Positions 15,573-25,407 of a stretch of DNA of 47,114 nucleotides are shown here, piece after piece. Source of the DNA: Ramlibacter sp. 2FC. Lineage in GTDB: Bacteria > Pseudomonadota > Gammaproteobacteria > Burkholderiales > Burkholderiaceae_C. Under the pieces are notes generated by a model that made no database searches, had not been told where the DNA came from, and was given only the letters and a program-made list of their open reading frames with translations. The stretch's first letter is position 1, and every line of letters starts with the position of its first letter. The position numbers and the translations under genes were made by a program. The DNA is taken from contig CALRZF020000001.1 of NCBI GenBank assembly GCA_943372585.1, forward strand, positions 1 to 47,114, written 5' to 3'.

Positions 15573-16460
15573 ATGAAACGCGCCTGCCCCACCATTCAGG
15601 AGTTGCTGGCTTTTGATGCCGTGGCGCGGCACGAAAGTCTGACCAAAGCCGCCACATCGCTGTGCATATCGGTCAGCGCGGTGAGCAAGCAGCTGGCCGG
15701 ACTGGAGCAGTTCCTGGGCCGCCCGCTGCTGCAAAAGAGCGGCCGCGGCGTGGTGCTGACAGCGTCTGCGCGGGAATATCTGGCAAAGATCGCGCCCAGT
15801 CTGCGCACGTTGGAAACCGCGACCTTCGAATTCCGCGCGGGCAGCGGGGACGCCGGCATCATCACGTTGGCGAGCGTGCCTACCTTCCTGACCAAATGGC
15901 TAATCCCGCGCCTGCCGGATTTTCGCAAGACGCACCCAGGCGTGACTTTCAGTTTCTGCCAGCACCTGGATCCCGGAGAATCGTTGACGCCGGACATTGA
16001 CGCGGCGATCCGCTACGGATCGGGTGATTGGCCTGGGATGCGTAGCGACTACATCGCTGGCAAGGAGTTCGTCTGTGTCCATGCGCCGGCTTTGAAAACT
16101 CAGTCAGGATGGCCGGCGCGCCCAGCCAACATGCTGGACCACACCCTGCTACACCACGAGCAGGCGCCACTGGCCTGGCGGTCCTGGGCTCAGCGGCACG
16201 ACATCGACGAATCGTCGACGCTGGGAGGACCACGATTCGCCCAGTACTCGGCCATCGTGCAGGCCGCGATCAGCGGACTCGGCGTGGCGTTGGTGCCGCG
16301 CATACTGGTGGAAGAGGAACTCGTCAACGGCAGTTTGGCCGCATACGGCGCATCGATCGATCTGGACCAAGGGCACTACCTGTGCTTTGAACGGGAGAGG
16401 TTGGAGCGACCGCTGTTTGCAGCGTTCAGGTCATGGTTACTGGCGCAGGGAAATCCGTGA
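15573..16460 (+). CDS. LysR-family transcriptional regulator (GcvA/AmpR-like)
   Basis: MKRACPTIQELLAFDAVARHESLTKAATSLCISVSAVSKQLAGLEQFLGRPLLQKSGRGVVLT is a LysR HTH, followed by a full-length substrate-binding domain. The track start 15396 is a spurious extension. Confidence 0.9.
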   Translation: MKRACPTIQELLAFDAVARHESLTKAATSLCISVSAVSKQLAGLEQFLGRPLLQKSGRGVVLTASAREYLAKIAPSLRTLETATFEFRAGSGDAGIITLASVPTFLTKWLIPRLPDFRKTHPGVTFSFCQHLDPGESLTPDIDAAIRYGSGDWPGMRSDYIAGKEFVCVHAPALKTQSGWPARPANMLDHTLLHHEQAPLAWRSWAQRHDIDESSTLGGPRFAQYSAIVQAAISGLGVALVPRILVEEELVNGSLAAYGASIDLDQGHYLCFERERLERPLFAAFRSWLLAQGNP

Positions 16461-16612
16461 TGGCAAAAAACGCCCGGGCTCATTGTTGTCAGCTCGAGAA
16501 AAAGGCCGGGAGACTTGCAGGTAACAACGGTCGTACTTTCACCTTCTCTGAATTAGAAGCTGTAGCCAAGACCGAAGTCAAAGCAGCTCGATGAATCGTT
16601 GGGGCTGGTCAT

Positions 16613-16691
16613 GTCCGCATTTGGCCGCAAGCAGACGGGGCCGCCATCCACAGTCCCAAGGCTGGATGTCCGCTTTCGACCCGAAGCAGAC
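16613..16691. repeat. two REP-like 24-nt units
   Basis: GTCCGCATTTGGCCGCAAGCAGAC (16613-16636) and GTCCGCTTTCGACCCGAAGCAGAC (16668-16691), 19/24 identical. Each is an imperfect hairpin (GTCCGCTT / AAGCAGAC). A related copy lies at 40008-40100. Confidence 0.45.
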
Positions 16692-16733
16692 CTGCGCAAT
16701 TTGCTGACTGCCTTCAACACGTACGGGGCTCGT

Positions 16734-18419
16734 TTATGCAGTTTTCGAAGAAGTCGGTTCAGGCATGCTAAGGCTCACAGCGTTGGCCCGCAACCGGTTG
16801 GGTGCCAGTGCTCCGGCCGAGTCCAGGATCGGGTAGGCGATGGAGCAGATGTGTGAATTGATCCGCTTCAGGTCGCTGATCAGGTCAATGTGCAGCGAGC
16901 TGGTCTCAATGCTCTGAACCGTGTTGTCTGACAGTCGCCCCAGGTGGGTCGTGGCGTATTCACGTTCCAGGTCCCGAAAACGTGCCTTTTCCTCCAGCAG
17001 CTTCTGCGCGTCGCGCACCGTGCCATTCAGGAACACGCTCATGCCCAGGCGCAGGTTGTCCACCAGGCGCGCATGCAGCTCGCAGATTTCGGCCATGCCG
17101 GCTTCCGAGAAGCTGCGGCTTTTCTTGATCTTCTTGTCCTCGATGTCGATCAGCACACGCTCGATGATGTCGCCGATCTGCTCCATGTTGATGGTGAAGC
17201 TGATGATGTCCGTCCAGCGCCGGCTTTCCTCTTCGCCCAGCGCTTCGCGCGAAATCTTGGTCAGGTAGTACTTGATGGCCGAATACAGCTCGTCCACCGT
17301 GTCGTCCATCTTGCGCAGTTCTTCGGCCAGCTGCAGGTCGTTGTCCTTGATGACCTTGAGCATGCCCAGCATCATGGTCTCTACGATGTCGGCTTGGTGC
17401 AGCGCCTCGCGTGCGGCGCACGATATGGCCAGCGACGGCGTACTCAGCGCAGAGGGGTCCAGATGATGCGGCCGCCCGGAAGCCATGGATTTTTCGGGCT
17501 TGGGCAGCCACTTTTTTACCCAGCCGGCCACCACCTGCGTGACGCCGATGAACACCACGCCCACCAGCAGGTTGAAGGTCAGGTGGAACATCACCACCAC
17601 CGTGGCCGGCTCGCCCAGATACGGGCGCACATGGCGAACCCACAGACCCAGCAGCGGCGCTGCAATCAGCACGCCCAGCGCCTTGAACACGAAATTGCCC
17701 ATGGGCACCTGGCGGACCTCGACGGTGGACTTGGCCGTCGTCAGCACGGCCAGCAGGCCGCTGCCCAGGTTGGCGCCCAGCACCAGGCCCAGCGCCACGT
17801 CCAGTGGGATCACGCCCGAGGCCGCCAGCGTGGCCGTGAGCAGCACGATAGCCAGGCTGGAATATGACACCACGGCCAGCACGGCGCCCATGGTGATTTC
17901 CAGCAGCAGGTCGCTGGCCAGCGAGGCCAGCAGCGCCTTGACGGCGGGCGCCTGCGTCAGCACCTCGGTCGATGCGGTGACCAGGCGCAGCGCCAGCAGC
18001 ATCAGGCCCAGGCCGATCAGGATGCGGCCAATGCGGCCCACGTTGGTGCTTTGGCGCGAAATGAACAGGACTACGCCCGCAAAGATGAACAGCGGCGACA
18101 GCCACGAAAGGTCGAACGAGAACACCACGGCCATCAGGCTGGTGCCCACGTCAGCGCCCAGCATCACGGCCAGCGCCAGGGGCAGCGTGACAAGGCCCTG
18201 GCCGACAAAAGACGAGACGATGAGTGCGGTAGCCGTGCTGGACTGCACCAGCGCGGTCACGCCCACGCCCGAAAGCGCGGCCGTGTAGCGGTTGCTGATG
18301 CTGTGCGCCAGAACGTTGCGCAGGTTCGCGCCGAACACGCGCAGGATGCCGGTTCGGACGAGGTGGGTGCCCCACACGAGCAGCGCGATCGCTGCCAAAA
18401 GGTTCAACAGATGCTTCAT
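16734..18419 (-). CDS. Na/Pi cotransporter family protein with C-terminal PhoU-like domain (NptA/YjbB-like)
   Basis: ATG 18419 (MKHLLNLLAAIALLVWGTHLVRTGILRVFG) is preferred over the TTG at 18458. N-terminal polytopic membrane half, C-terminal helical PhoU-like half (..DDTVDELYSAIKYYL..). Confidence 0.85.
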   Translation of the reverse strand: MKHLLNLLAAIALLVWGTHLVRTGILRVFGANLRNVLAHSISNRYTAALSGVGVTALVQSSTATALIVSSFVGQGLVTLPLALAVMLGADVGTSLMAVVFSFDLSWLSPLFIFAGVVLFISRQSTNVGRIGRILIGLGLMLLALRLVTASTEVLTQAPAVKALLASLASDLLLEITMGAVLAVVSYSSLAIVLLTATLAASGVIPLDVALGLVLGANLGSGLLAVLTTAKSTVEVRQVPMGNFVFKALGVLIAAPLLGLWVRHVRPYLGEPATVVVMFHLTFNLLVGVVFIGVTQVVAGWVKKWLPKPEKSMASGRPHHLDPSALSTPSLAISCAAREALHQADIVETMMLGMLKVIKDNDLQLAEELRKMDDTVDELYSAIKYYLTKISREALGEEESRRWTDIISFTINMEQIGDIIERVLIDIEDKKIKKSRSFSEAGMAEICELHARLVDNLRLGMSVFLNGTVRDAQKLLEEKARFRDLEREYATTHLGRLSDNTVQSIETSSLHIDLISDLKRINSHICSIAYPILDSAGALAPNRLRANAVSLSMPEPTSSKTA

Positions 18420-18447
18420 TGTTTCCAGACGATGGCCTGATTCCCCT

Positions 18448-19356
18448 TCAAATTTCAAACAACGGCTCGGGCACGGCCAACGGCTCGGCCAGTGTGGTAC
18501 CGAACAGGCTGCCCGACAGGGGCATGCTGACCAGCTCAGCGCTGCCCATGTCCTGTCTGGCGGTCGCCACCAGCAACCTCCGCCCGTCCGCGCCCCCCAG
18601 CGCAGGGCAGGTGCTGTGTGGCGCCGGCATGTGTAGTGTCAGCAAGAGGCGACCGTCCGACGCGTAGCGGCTGACCTGGCCTGCACCCCACTGCGCATTC
18701 CATAGGCAGTCCTGCGCATCGACTACCGAGCCATCGGGCCAGGCCAGAGCGTCCGCCATGGCCGCGAACGGACGCGGCTGCCCAACCCACGCCGTTTCGG
18801 CGTCGTACTCGCATTGCTGTATCAGCTGGGTCACCGTGTCGCAGAAGTACATCCGCCGCCCATTCAGGCTGAAGCAGATGCTGTTGGCAATGGTCACCGA
18901 CGGCAAATTGAGTCGCCTCAGGCCATGGCGCATCGAGTACTGATAGAAGTTTCCCGTTGGCTGGCGGTCGCGGCCCTCATTCAAGGTACCAAACACCAGT
19001 TGGCCACTGCGGTCGCATCGGCCGTCGTTGACGCGGGTGGACAACCGCTCCGACTCCACCTCGGTCAGCATCTGAAAGTCCAAGTGCGCCGTGTCATCGC
19101 CCATGTGGGTCAAGGTACCCAAGCAAAGGGACTTGGCAAAGCCCAGTAGCAGTTGCCCATTTCGCGTGTGCGCGAAGCAGCCCAACCGCTCCGGAAGTGC
19201 GATAGACATATGCGCTCCATCCCACGGCGACCAAGCATGAAGCTGCCGATCCTGTATGTCAGTCCACCACCAGCGACCGGTCGGCGCGTGCCACTGCAGA
19301 CATTCACCAAGTACTGCACCATGATGAAACGCTAACGTCAGATCGGGGCCTCTCAT
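18448..19356 (-). CDS. SMP-30/gluconolactonase/LRE-family lactonase
   Basis: ATG 19356 (ATGA overlap with the dgoA stop). LGECLQWHAPTGRWWWTDIQDRQLHAW.. and the beta-propeller repeat pattern. The context with dgoDKA suggests a galactonolactonase. Confidence 0.85.
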   Translation of the reverse strand: MRGPDLTLAFHHGAVLGECLQWHAPTGRWWWTDIQDRQLHAWSPWDGAHMSIALPERLGCFAHTRNGQLLLGFAKSLCLGTLTHMGDDTAHLDFQMLTEVESERLSTRVNDGRCDRSGQLVFGTLNEGRDRQPTGNFYQYSMRHGLRRLNLPSVTIANSICFSLNGRRMYFCDTVTQLIQQCEYDAETAWVGQPRPFAAMADALAWPDGSVVDAQDCLWNAQWGAGQVSRYASDGRLLLTLHMPAPHSTCPALGGADGRRLLVATARQDMGSAELVSMPLSGSLFGTTLAEPLAVPEPLFEI

Positions 19357-20000
19357 GGTGTAGGTGCCAAAGCGCCGCCTTGACGCCACGCGGCCACGAA
19401 ACGTCTCGCACGGTGCGTCACGTCGGCTGTGGTCATTCCAGGGGCATAGAGCGCGCTGCCCAGCCCAAAGCCGTTCGCACCGGCCGCCCGAAATGGCGTC
19501 ATCGCCTCGGGCGTGATGCCGCCCACTGGCAACAGGCGAAGCTCTGGCGGCAGAACCGCTCGCAGCGCCTTGACGGCCGACGGACCTATCAGCTCCGCGG
19601 GAAACAGCTTGACAGCGTCTGCGCCAGCCGCAAGGCAGGCGAATGCCTCGGTGGGCGTTGCGGCACCCGGTATGCAGTAGAGCCCGCGTATCTTGGCGTG
19701 CAAGACGACTGCCATATCGCTGTGCGGCATGACGACAATCCGCCCGCCGGCGGCCTCGACTTGCGTGGCCGCCTGCACGCTGAGGACTGTTCCAGCGCCT
19801 AGCAGCACCTCGGGCGGCAAAGTGCGCGCGAGTAGTTCAATGGAGTCCAGCGCCCGGGGTGAATTCAGCGGCACTTCGATCAGACGAAAACCCGCTTCGT
19901 AGAGCGCACCGGCCACAGGCTCCGCTTCTTCGGGGGTGATGCCGCGAAGGATCGCCACCAACGGCAACATGCTAAAGGCAGAGTCGAATGAAGAAGACAT
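19353..20000 (-). CDS. dgoA: 2-dehydro-3-deoxy-6-phosphogalactonate aldolase
   Basis: LPLVAILRGITPEEAEPVAGALYEAGFRLIEVPLNSP.. aligns closely by eye with E. coli DgoA (LPLIAILRGITPDEALAHVGAVIDAGFDAVEIPLNSP). Confidence 0.85.
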   Translation of the reverse strand: MSSSFDSAFSMLPLVAILRGITPEEAEPVAGALYEAGFRLIEVPLNSPRALDSIELLARTLPPEVLLGAGTVLSVQAATQVEAAGGRIVVMPHSDMAVVLHAKIRGLYCIPGAATPTEAFACLAAGADAVKLFPAELIGPSAVKALRAVLPPELRLLPVGGITPEAMTPFRAAGANGFGLGSALYAPGMTTADVTHRARRFVAAWRQGGALAPTP

Positions 20001-20018
20001 CTACAGTTTCCTGAATTT

Positions 20019-20960
20019 TTAGAGCGAGGTCGCGAGCCGGAACAGGCCCGCGCCTGCGGTGTTAGATAGCGATAGGCTGGCGGCCACGTCGAAAATTTCC
20101 AGGCCCAATAGGTAGCGCCGAACCAGCGGCTCTTCGCCAATCAGCGCCAATGGAGCGCCGCCCAACCGCAGGCCTTGGCGCCAGCGCAGACCTGCGCGCA
20201 GTTCGTGACCGATCAGCAAGCCTGACAGGTAGTCCGGCAAGGCTTGCGGGCGTAGCGTCTTGTCAAGTCCCAAGGTCCGCACGGAGAACAATTGGTGGGA
20301 CAGACCCAGATCCCCATGGTCGCGCGCGGCCCGCATACCCGCGGCGCAGGCCTGCAAGTCGCTGCCGGCGCGAGCGGACATGAGCTTGCTCAGCACTGAA
20401 TGTTGGCGAAGCAGCGCGAACATCTCGCCAGTCATGTACGTTGAGAAGGCATGAACTCGTCCGTCGCGCACCTCAGTCCATTTGGAGTGTGTGCCTGGCA
20501 TCACGATGCATGCCGCCTCAGTCAAAGGTGTGGCAAGCGTGAGCGCGCCCACAACCTGCGTCTCTTCGCCGCGCATGATGTCGAGCACGCCATGCGGCAA
20601 GTGACAGCGCAGGCCTGGCAATATGTGCACGGGATGGCCGTGCCAGTCCGCCGCCAGCGACGCGGCGGCCAGCGACCCAGGATCTGCTGGGCAGTCTGCG
20701 TAGGGTACTTCGCGCCAGCCGTGCTGGCTGCCGACCATGCCACAGGCCCAAACGGGAACATCGGCGTCGCGCCAATCGCCGACCAACTCGTCCAGCGCCG
20801 CCGAAAAAGCCTCAGCTTCGCCAGCCAGCCCCGACGCACCCCGTTTGGAGCTGCGAAGTTCCAGCACTTGGCCATCGGGGCCGAGCTGCATCGCCCGCAG
20901 CGTGCTACTGCCCCAGTCCAGTCCAATGATCCGGGGCCGGGGGGCGCGCCTCGTCACCAT
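20019..20960 (-). CDS. dgoK: 2-dehydro-3-deoxygalactonokinase
   Basis: N-terminal [12 protein letters not shown] motif and ..MPGTHSKW.. typical of DgoK. 7-nt overlap with the dgoD stop. Confidence 0.85.
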   Translation of the reverse strand: MVTRRAPRPRIIGLDWGSSTLRAMQLGPDGQVLELRSSKRGASGLAGEAEAFSAALDELVGDWRDADVPVWACGMVGSQHGWREVPYADCPADPGSLAAASLAADWHGHPVHILPGLRCHLPHGVLDIMRGEETQVVGALTLATPLTEAACIVMPGTHSKWTEVRDGRVHAFSTYMTGEMFALLRQHSVLSKLMSARAGSDLQACAAGMRAARDHGDLGLSHQLFSVRTLGLDKTLRPQALPDYLSGLLIGHELRAGLRWRQGLRLGGAPLALIGEEPLVRRYLLGLEIFDVAASLSLSNTAGAGLFRLATSL

Positions 20961-22102
20961 TCGGCCACGCTACCATCAGCGTGGCGCCAGACGGGGTTGC
21001 GCCAGTCGGGTGCCTTCTGGCTTGCGGCCGCCACACGCTCCTCATCGATCACCACGCCCAGTCCCGGTTTCGGTAGTGGCTTGACGTAGCCTTGGTCCAA
21101 CAGGAAGTCTTCACGGTTAACGACGTAGTCAAGCAGTTCGGCACCCCGGTTGTAGTGGATGCCCATGCTCTGCTCCTGCAGCACCGCGTTGTGGGCCACG
21201 AAATCCACCTGCAGGCACGCGGCCAGCGCGATGGGACCCAGCGGGCAATGCGGGGCCAAGGCAACGTCGTGCGCTTCAGCCATCGCCGCGATCTTGACGC
21301 ATTCGGTAATGCCGCCAGCGTGTGACAGGTCGGGCTGCACGATCGCAAGGCCGCCAGCCGCGAAGACACGTTTGAAGTCGAAGCTCGAGTACATGCGCTC
21401 GCCAGCGGCTAGCGGAATGCTCGTGTGCTGCGCTAGACGCGCATAACTTTCGTCCTGCTCCGCCAGCACGGGCTCCTCCACGAACAGCGGCCGATAAGGC
21501 TCGAGCTGACGCAGCAGCACTTTGGCCATCGGCGTGCCGATACGGCCATGGAAATCGATGCCGAACTCGATCTCGTTGCCGAAGGCAGCGCGGATCTCGG
21601 CGATCCGCTCGACGGCCGCATCCACCTTGGCAGCGGTGTCCAACAAGCCCATCTCTTCGCTTCCATTCATCTTGAAAGTGTCGAAACCACCCTCGCGCAG
21701 GCGCCGGATGTCGGCGATTACGTCGGCAGGTCGGTCGCCACCGACCCATACATAGGTCTTCATGCGATCACGTACCTTGCCGCCCAGCAACTCGTAGACC
21801 GGCGCGCCCAGCACCTTGCCCTTGATATCCCACAACGCCTGGTCGATACCTGCGATGGCGCTCATCAACGTTGCACCGCCTCGGTAGAAGCCGCCTCGGT
21901 ACATGACCTGCCACAGGTCGTTGATGCGCGCGGGGTCCTGTCCCACCAAATAATGACTGAACTCGTGGACGGCGGCCTCGACGCTCTTGGCTTTCCCTTC
22001 GACGACTGGTTCGCCCCAGCCGCAAATGCCAGCGTCAGTTTCGATTTTCAGGAACATCCAGCGGGGCGCCACGCGGTAGGTGGTGAGTTTGGTGATCTTC
22101 AT
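20954..22102 (-). CDS. dgoD: D-galactonate dehydratase (enolase superfamily)
   Basis: [47 protein letters not shown] ... [18 protein letters not shown] is near-colinear with E. coli DgoD as recalled. Confidence 0.92.
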   Translation of the reverse strand: MKITKLTTYRVAPRWMFLKIETDAGICGWGEPVVEGKAKSVEAAVHEFSHYLVGQDPARINDLWQVMYRGGFYRGGATLMSAIAGIDQALWDIKGKVLGAPVYELLGGKVRDRMKTYVWVGGDRPADVIADIRRLREGGFDTFKMNGSEEMGLLDTAAKVDAAVERIAEIRAAFGNEIEFGIDFHGRIGTPMAKVLLRQLEPYRPLFVEEPVLAEQDESYARLAQHTSIPLAAGERMYSSFDFKRVFAAGGLAIVQPDLSHAGGITECVKIAAMAEAHDVALAPHCPLGPIALAACLQVDFVAHNAVLQEQSMGIHYNRGAELLDYVVNREDFLLDQGYVKPLPKPGLGVVIDEERVAAASQKAPDWRNPVWRHADGSVAEW

Positions 22103-22128
22103 CAATTTGATTGCTTGTTAGAAATGCG

Positions 22129-23418
22129 TTACCAACCGGCCAGGATGCGATCGACGGCTTCCTGCGCCTCGCGCAGCGCCGCCTCCGGCGTCTTGGTTCC
22201 CAACATTACAGCTTGCACGTTGCGGTCAATCTCGCCAGTGACCAAGGGCTGCTTGTAGACCGAGAGTTCGCGATCCGCATCGGCCAACTGGTCACGCGCC
22301 ACTGCGTATTGGGGGAACTTTGCAATGTGGTCCTGTAGTCGCGCCATCTTGTACGCGGCGGGCGTGGTGGCGATGTAGCCGGTCTTGACAGCCCACTCGG
22401 CTGCGCGCTCCGGCTTGCCCAGCCAGCGCGCCAGTCGGGCGGCCGCCTGCTGCTGCTCCGGCGGTGCGCCCTTGAACACGTACAGATTGCCGCCGCCCGT
22501 GGGCGTGCCCGCAGCCTTGTGGGCTGGCAACCGCGCGGCACCGAACGGAAACTTGGCGTTTGTTCGGAAGAAGCCCAAGTTGCCCGTCGTTGTCATCAGC
22601 ATGGCCGTGCGCCCCTCCACGAAATCGCGCGGGGAACTGCCCCAGTCGATTACACCTGGGGCCATCACTTTATGCATGGTGGCCAGGTCACGCCACCAAG
22701 TTAATGCGCCGATGGCCTCTGGCGTGTTCAGCCGCAGGTACCAACTCACATCCACTGAGATATCGGCACCGTTCTGGATGGAAAAGCTCTGCAGCGTCCA
22801 GTACGCGGACAGCGAGGACGGAATCTGCACACCCCAGCGAGTCACGTTGCCGACAGCGTCGCGCTTGACCAACCTCTTGGAAAAGGAGACTACTTCGTCC
22901 CAGTTCTTCGGGCCCCTCTCCGGGTCCAGGCCGGCCTCCTTGAATGCGTCCTTGTTCCAGTACCAGATCTGCACCGAGCGCTGCAGGGGAATGCCGTAGG
23001 TCTTCCCCTTGTGACGCCCATTGCGCATCAGTGCAGGAAAATAGCTCTTCAGCCACTGGGCGCTGCCGTCTGGCTGAGGAATATCCTCGAATGCCATTAC
23101 TGCGTCGGCATCCAGCAGCGTGAAGAGCTGCGCTGACAGGATGTGTGCGATCGCCGGTGGCTTGCCAGCCTTATGTGCCGCCAGCGCCTTGGCCATCGTC
23201 TCGTCGAATGTTCCAGTGTAGATAGCATTGACCTTGACGTCCGGGTTTTCGGACTGGAACGTAGCGATCTGTTCGCCGACGATACCGGCGATGGGACCGG
23301 AGGCAGAAACAGGGTAATAGAAGTCGATGACCGTAGGCGGTGCGGCGCGTACCGCCGCAGGGCACGCCAGGACGGCCGCGACCAAGGTGGCCTTAAAGGC
23401 CCAAAGTAGGTATTGCAT
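22129..23418 (-). CDS. carbohydrate/organophosphate ABC substrate-binding protein (SBP family 1), paralog 1
   Basis: True start is MQYLLWAFKATLVAAVLACPAAVRA at 23418. 429 aa. About four-fifths identical by eye to the protein at 27141-28430. The track ORF up to 23907 is a spurious extension. Confidence 0.85.
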   Translation of the reverse strand: MQYLLWAFKATLVAAVLACPAAVRAAPPTVIDFYYPVSASGPIAGIVGEQIATFQSENPDVKVNAIYTGTFDETMAKALAAHKAGKPPAIAHILSAQLFTLLDADAVMAFEDIPQPDGSAQWLKSYFPALMRNGRHKGKTYGIPLQRSVQIWYWNKDAFKEAGLDPERGPKNWDEVVSFSKRLVKRDAVGNVTRWGVQIPSSLSAYWTLQSFSIQNGADISVDVSWYLRLNTPEAIGALTWWRDLATMHKVMAPGVIDWGSSPRDFVEGRTAMLMTTTGNLGFFRTNAKFPFGAARLPAHKAAGTPTGGGNLYVFKGAPPEQQQAAARLARWLGKPERAAEWAVKTGYIATTPAAYKMARLQDHIAKFPQYAVARDQLADADRELSVYKQPLVTGEIDRNVQAVMLGTKTPEAALREAQEAVDRILAGW

Positions 23419-23447
23419 GCGAATGCCTCGCTGGGAGTGGTGGCGCT

Positions 23448-24578
23448 TTACTGACGGACGCGACCGCCAGCGCCGATGATGGATAGTTCGACAAACCGGG
23501 AGCCGGACCGCTGTCCAGACTTGAATCCGATCTGGTACCCCCCAAGGTCGACATACGCCATCGAATCCAGCGCCTGCACCAGGGCCTCCCGGCGGAGTCG
23601 CGGACCCATGCGGCGAACCGCCTCGACAATGACCTTGGCGTTGATAAAACCTTCCATCATTGCGTAGCTGACCGGCACGTCCAGCCGCTGCGTTCGAATG
23701 AACAGGCCATTGAGCTCCTTGGAGATCGGCGTGGCGACCTTGTATGGATTCGGCGTGACCTGCGCGATGGCCACGCCGTGCATTTGCTCCTCGCCCAGCA
23801 GCCGCGACAGCTGCTCCACGTCTGCGCCCGAATGGGCGAACAGAAGCGAAGCGCCCCCCGCCGTGCGGTATTGTTCGATGAAGCTGGCCGCCACCACGCC
23901 GTCGCACACCATGATGATTGCCTGAGGCGCCGCCTGTACGAAGGTGTTGACTGCAGCGCTGACTTTAGCTGTGCCGCCGGGAAACGAGCCCCGAGCTACC
24001 AGCGAGACCCGGGCGGCTTTCGCCGCAGCTTCGGCTGCGTCCAGCAGCACCTTCGCGCCCTGACCGTCCTCATACAGCAGGCCGATGCGACTGATCCCAA
24101 CGGTGGCCAAGTGCGTCATGATCTTGCTGATCTCATCGGCCAGTCCGGCACGCACGCCATAAAGCAATGGGGTTTCTGAGCGGATTTCGGCAGTGCGGTA
24201 GCCCACCAGTGGCACGCCTTCTTTCTCCAGCACGCCTGCGACGATCAGATCGGCCAGGTTACGGGTGCCAAAGAAGCCGGCCAACACCAGCGGTCGTTCG
24301 TCGGCCAGCAGCTTGCGCGCTGCAGTCACCGTGTCGGCGGGTCGGCCACCGTCATCGCGGGTAACCAGAGTGAACTGATGGCCGTTCACGCCCCCCGACT
24401 TGTTGACGTTGGCAAACGCTAAGTTCATACCTACAGCGTAAGCGCGCGCCTGGTTGGCGTCCAAGCCGGACAGCGGCGCCACCTGCCCCACAACGATCTG
24501 CGCAGCTGGGACCTCCGTCGCACACAACCCACCCGCGGCGACCAACAGTGCCGAGATTAGCTTTTTGGCGGCGATCAT
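23448..24578 (-). CDS. Leu/Ile/Val-binding-protein-family periplasmic receptor (Peripla_BP_6), orphan
   Basis: ATG 24578 with AAGGAGA SD. MIAAKKLISALLVAAGGLCATEVPAAQIVVGQVAPLSGLDANQARAYAVGMNLAFANVNKSGGVNG is a classic LIV-BP N-terminus. ATGA overlap with the upstream phosphoesterase stop. Confidence 0.85.
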   Translation of the reverse strand: MIAAKKLISALLVAAGGLCATEVPAAQIVVGQVAPLSGLDANQARAYAVGMNLAFANVNKSGGVNGHQFTLVTRDDGGRPADTVTAARKLLADERPLVLAGFFGTRNLADLIVAGVLEKEGVPLVGYRTAEIRSETPLLYGVRAGLADEISKIMTHLATVGISRIGLLYEDGQGAKVLLDAAEAAAKAARVSLVARGSFPGGTAKVSAAVNTFVQAAPQAIIMVCDGVVAASFIEQYRTAGGASLLFAHSGADVEQLSRLLGEEQMHGVAIAQVTPNPYKVATPISKELNGLFIRTQRLDVPVSYAMMEGFINAKVIVEAVRRMGPRLRREALVQALDSMAYVDLGGYQIGFKSGQRSGSRFVELSIIGAGGRVRQ

Positions 24579-25399
24579 GGTGTGTCTCCTTGTATCGCAG
24601 CCGGGAACGCGATCTTCTGCGCCACGCCAGGGTCCTGCAGCACGATCTGATGAGTAATCAGCGAATGGCCGTCCCAAGCGTGCAGAAGCGCTGCGGGCGG
24701 TTCCATCTTGACCGTCAGGCTAGTGCCGGGGTCGAGCAGGTCCAGCGCCAACTGCTGCGCTGTCGAGGGACAGGACTGCACGACCGTGCCGCCGAAGCGC
24801 CGCACCATAGACCGGTGCAGGTGGCCGCAGACTACGCGCTCGACTTGGGGGTGCCGCCGCACGACGGCCTCCAGCGCGTCCGCATCGGCAAGTTTCCATA
24901 AATCCATGCGCCGGATGCCGCTGTCGAAAGGCGGATGGTGCAGCACTACGAGGGTGGGCCGTTGCGACTGCTCGCCTAAGCGGTCGTCCAGCCACCGCAG
25001 CTGCGCAACACCCAATTCGCCGTGAACCTGCCCGGGGATCGAACTGTCCAATAGAACCAGGCGAACTGGAAATTGCTCGACGGTGTAATACAGCTGGCCC
25101 ATCTCCGGGAAATACCCCCAATCAGCGAACGCCTCGCGTAGCCCGTCGGCATGATCGTGATTACCCGGGATCAGGTAGACCGGCATGGGTAGCGGCGCCA
25201 GCAGTTCACGCAGCAGCATGTACTCGGCAGGCGCACCCGCGTCCACCAGGTCGCCACTGATGATGAGCGCATCGGGCGGCACCGGCAAAGTCCGGATGTG
25301 CTGAATCGCCGCTGCCAAGTGCCGGCCCGTGGCGAACAGCCCGTCCGGCCCCCGGCCAGGCTCGGCGATATGCGGATCTGAAAGATGTGCTACCAGCAT
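24575..25399 (-). CDS. GpdQ/CpdA-type metallophosphoesterase (candidate phosphodiesterase)
   Basis: MLVAHLSDPHI.., ISGDLVDAGAPAEY, YLIPGNHD, VLHHPP and VCGHLH match the calcineurin-like dinuclear metal motifs and the recalled GpdQ sequence layout. The track ORF up to 25972 is a spurious extension. Confidence 0.8.
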   Translation of the reverse strand: MLVAHLSDPHIAEPGRGPDGLFATGRHLAAAIQHIRTLPVPPDALIISGDLVDAGAPAEYMLLRELLAPLPMPVYLIPGNHDHADGLREAFADWGYFPEMGQLYYTVEQFPVRLVLLDSSIPGQVHGELGVAQLRWLDDRLGEQSQRPTLVVLHHPPFDSGIRRMDLWKLADADALEAVVRRHPQVERVVCGHLHRSMVRRFGGTVVQSCPSTAQQLALDLLDPGTSLTVKMEPPAALLHAWDGHSLITHQIVLQDPGVAQKIAFPAAIQGDTP

Positions 25400-25407
25400 C
25401 GCCGCTC

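Noticed and set aside
22129-23907. 5'-extended versions of real genes in the ORF track: 22129..23907, 13620..15044, 24575..25972, 32213..34000, 14645..15559, 31498..32544, 29518..30438, 4131..6296, 38189..39343.
   Set aside because: The extensions run through the upstream gene or intergenic DNA and translate to Arg/Pro-rich junk. Internal starts give canonical N-termini (signal peptides, Walker-A-proximal starts), often with an SD or an ATGA overlap with the upstream stop.
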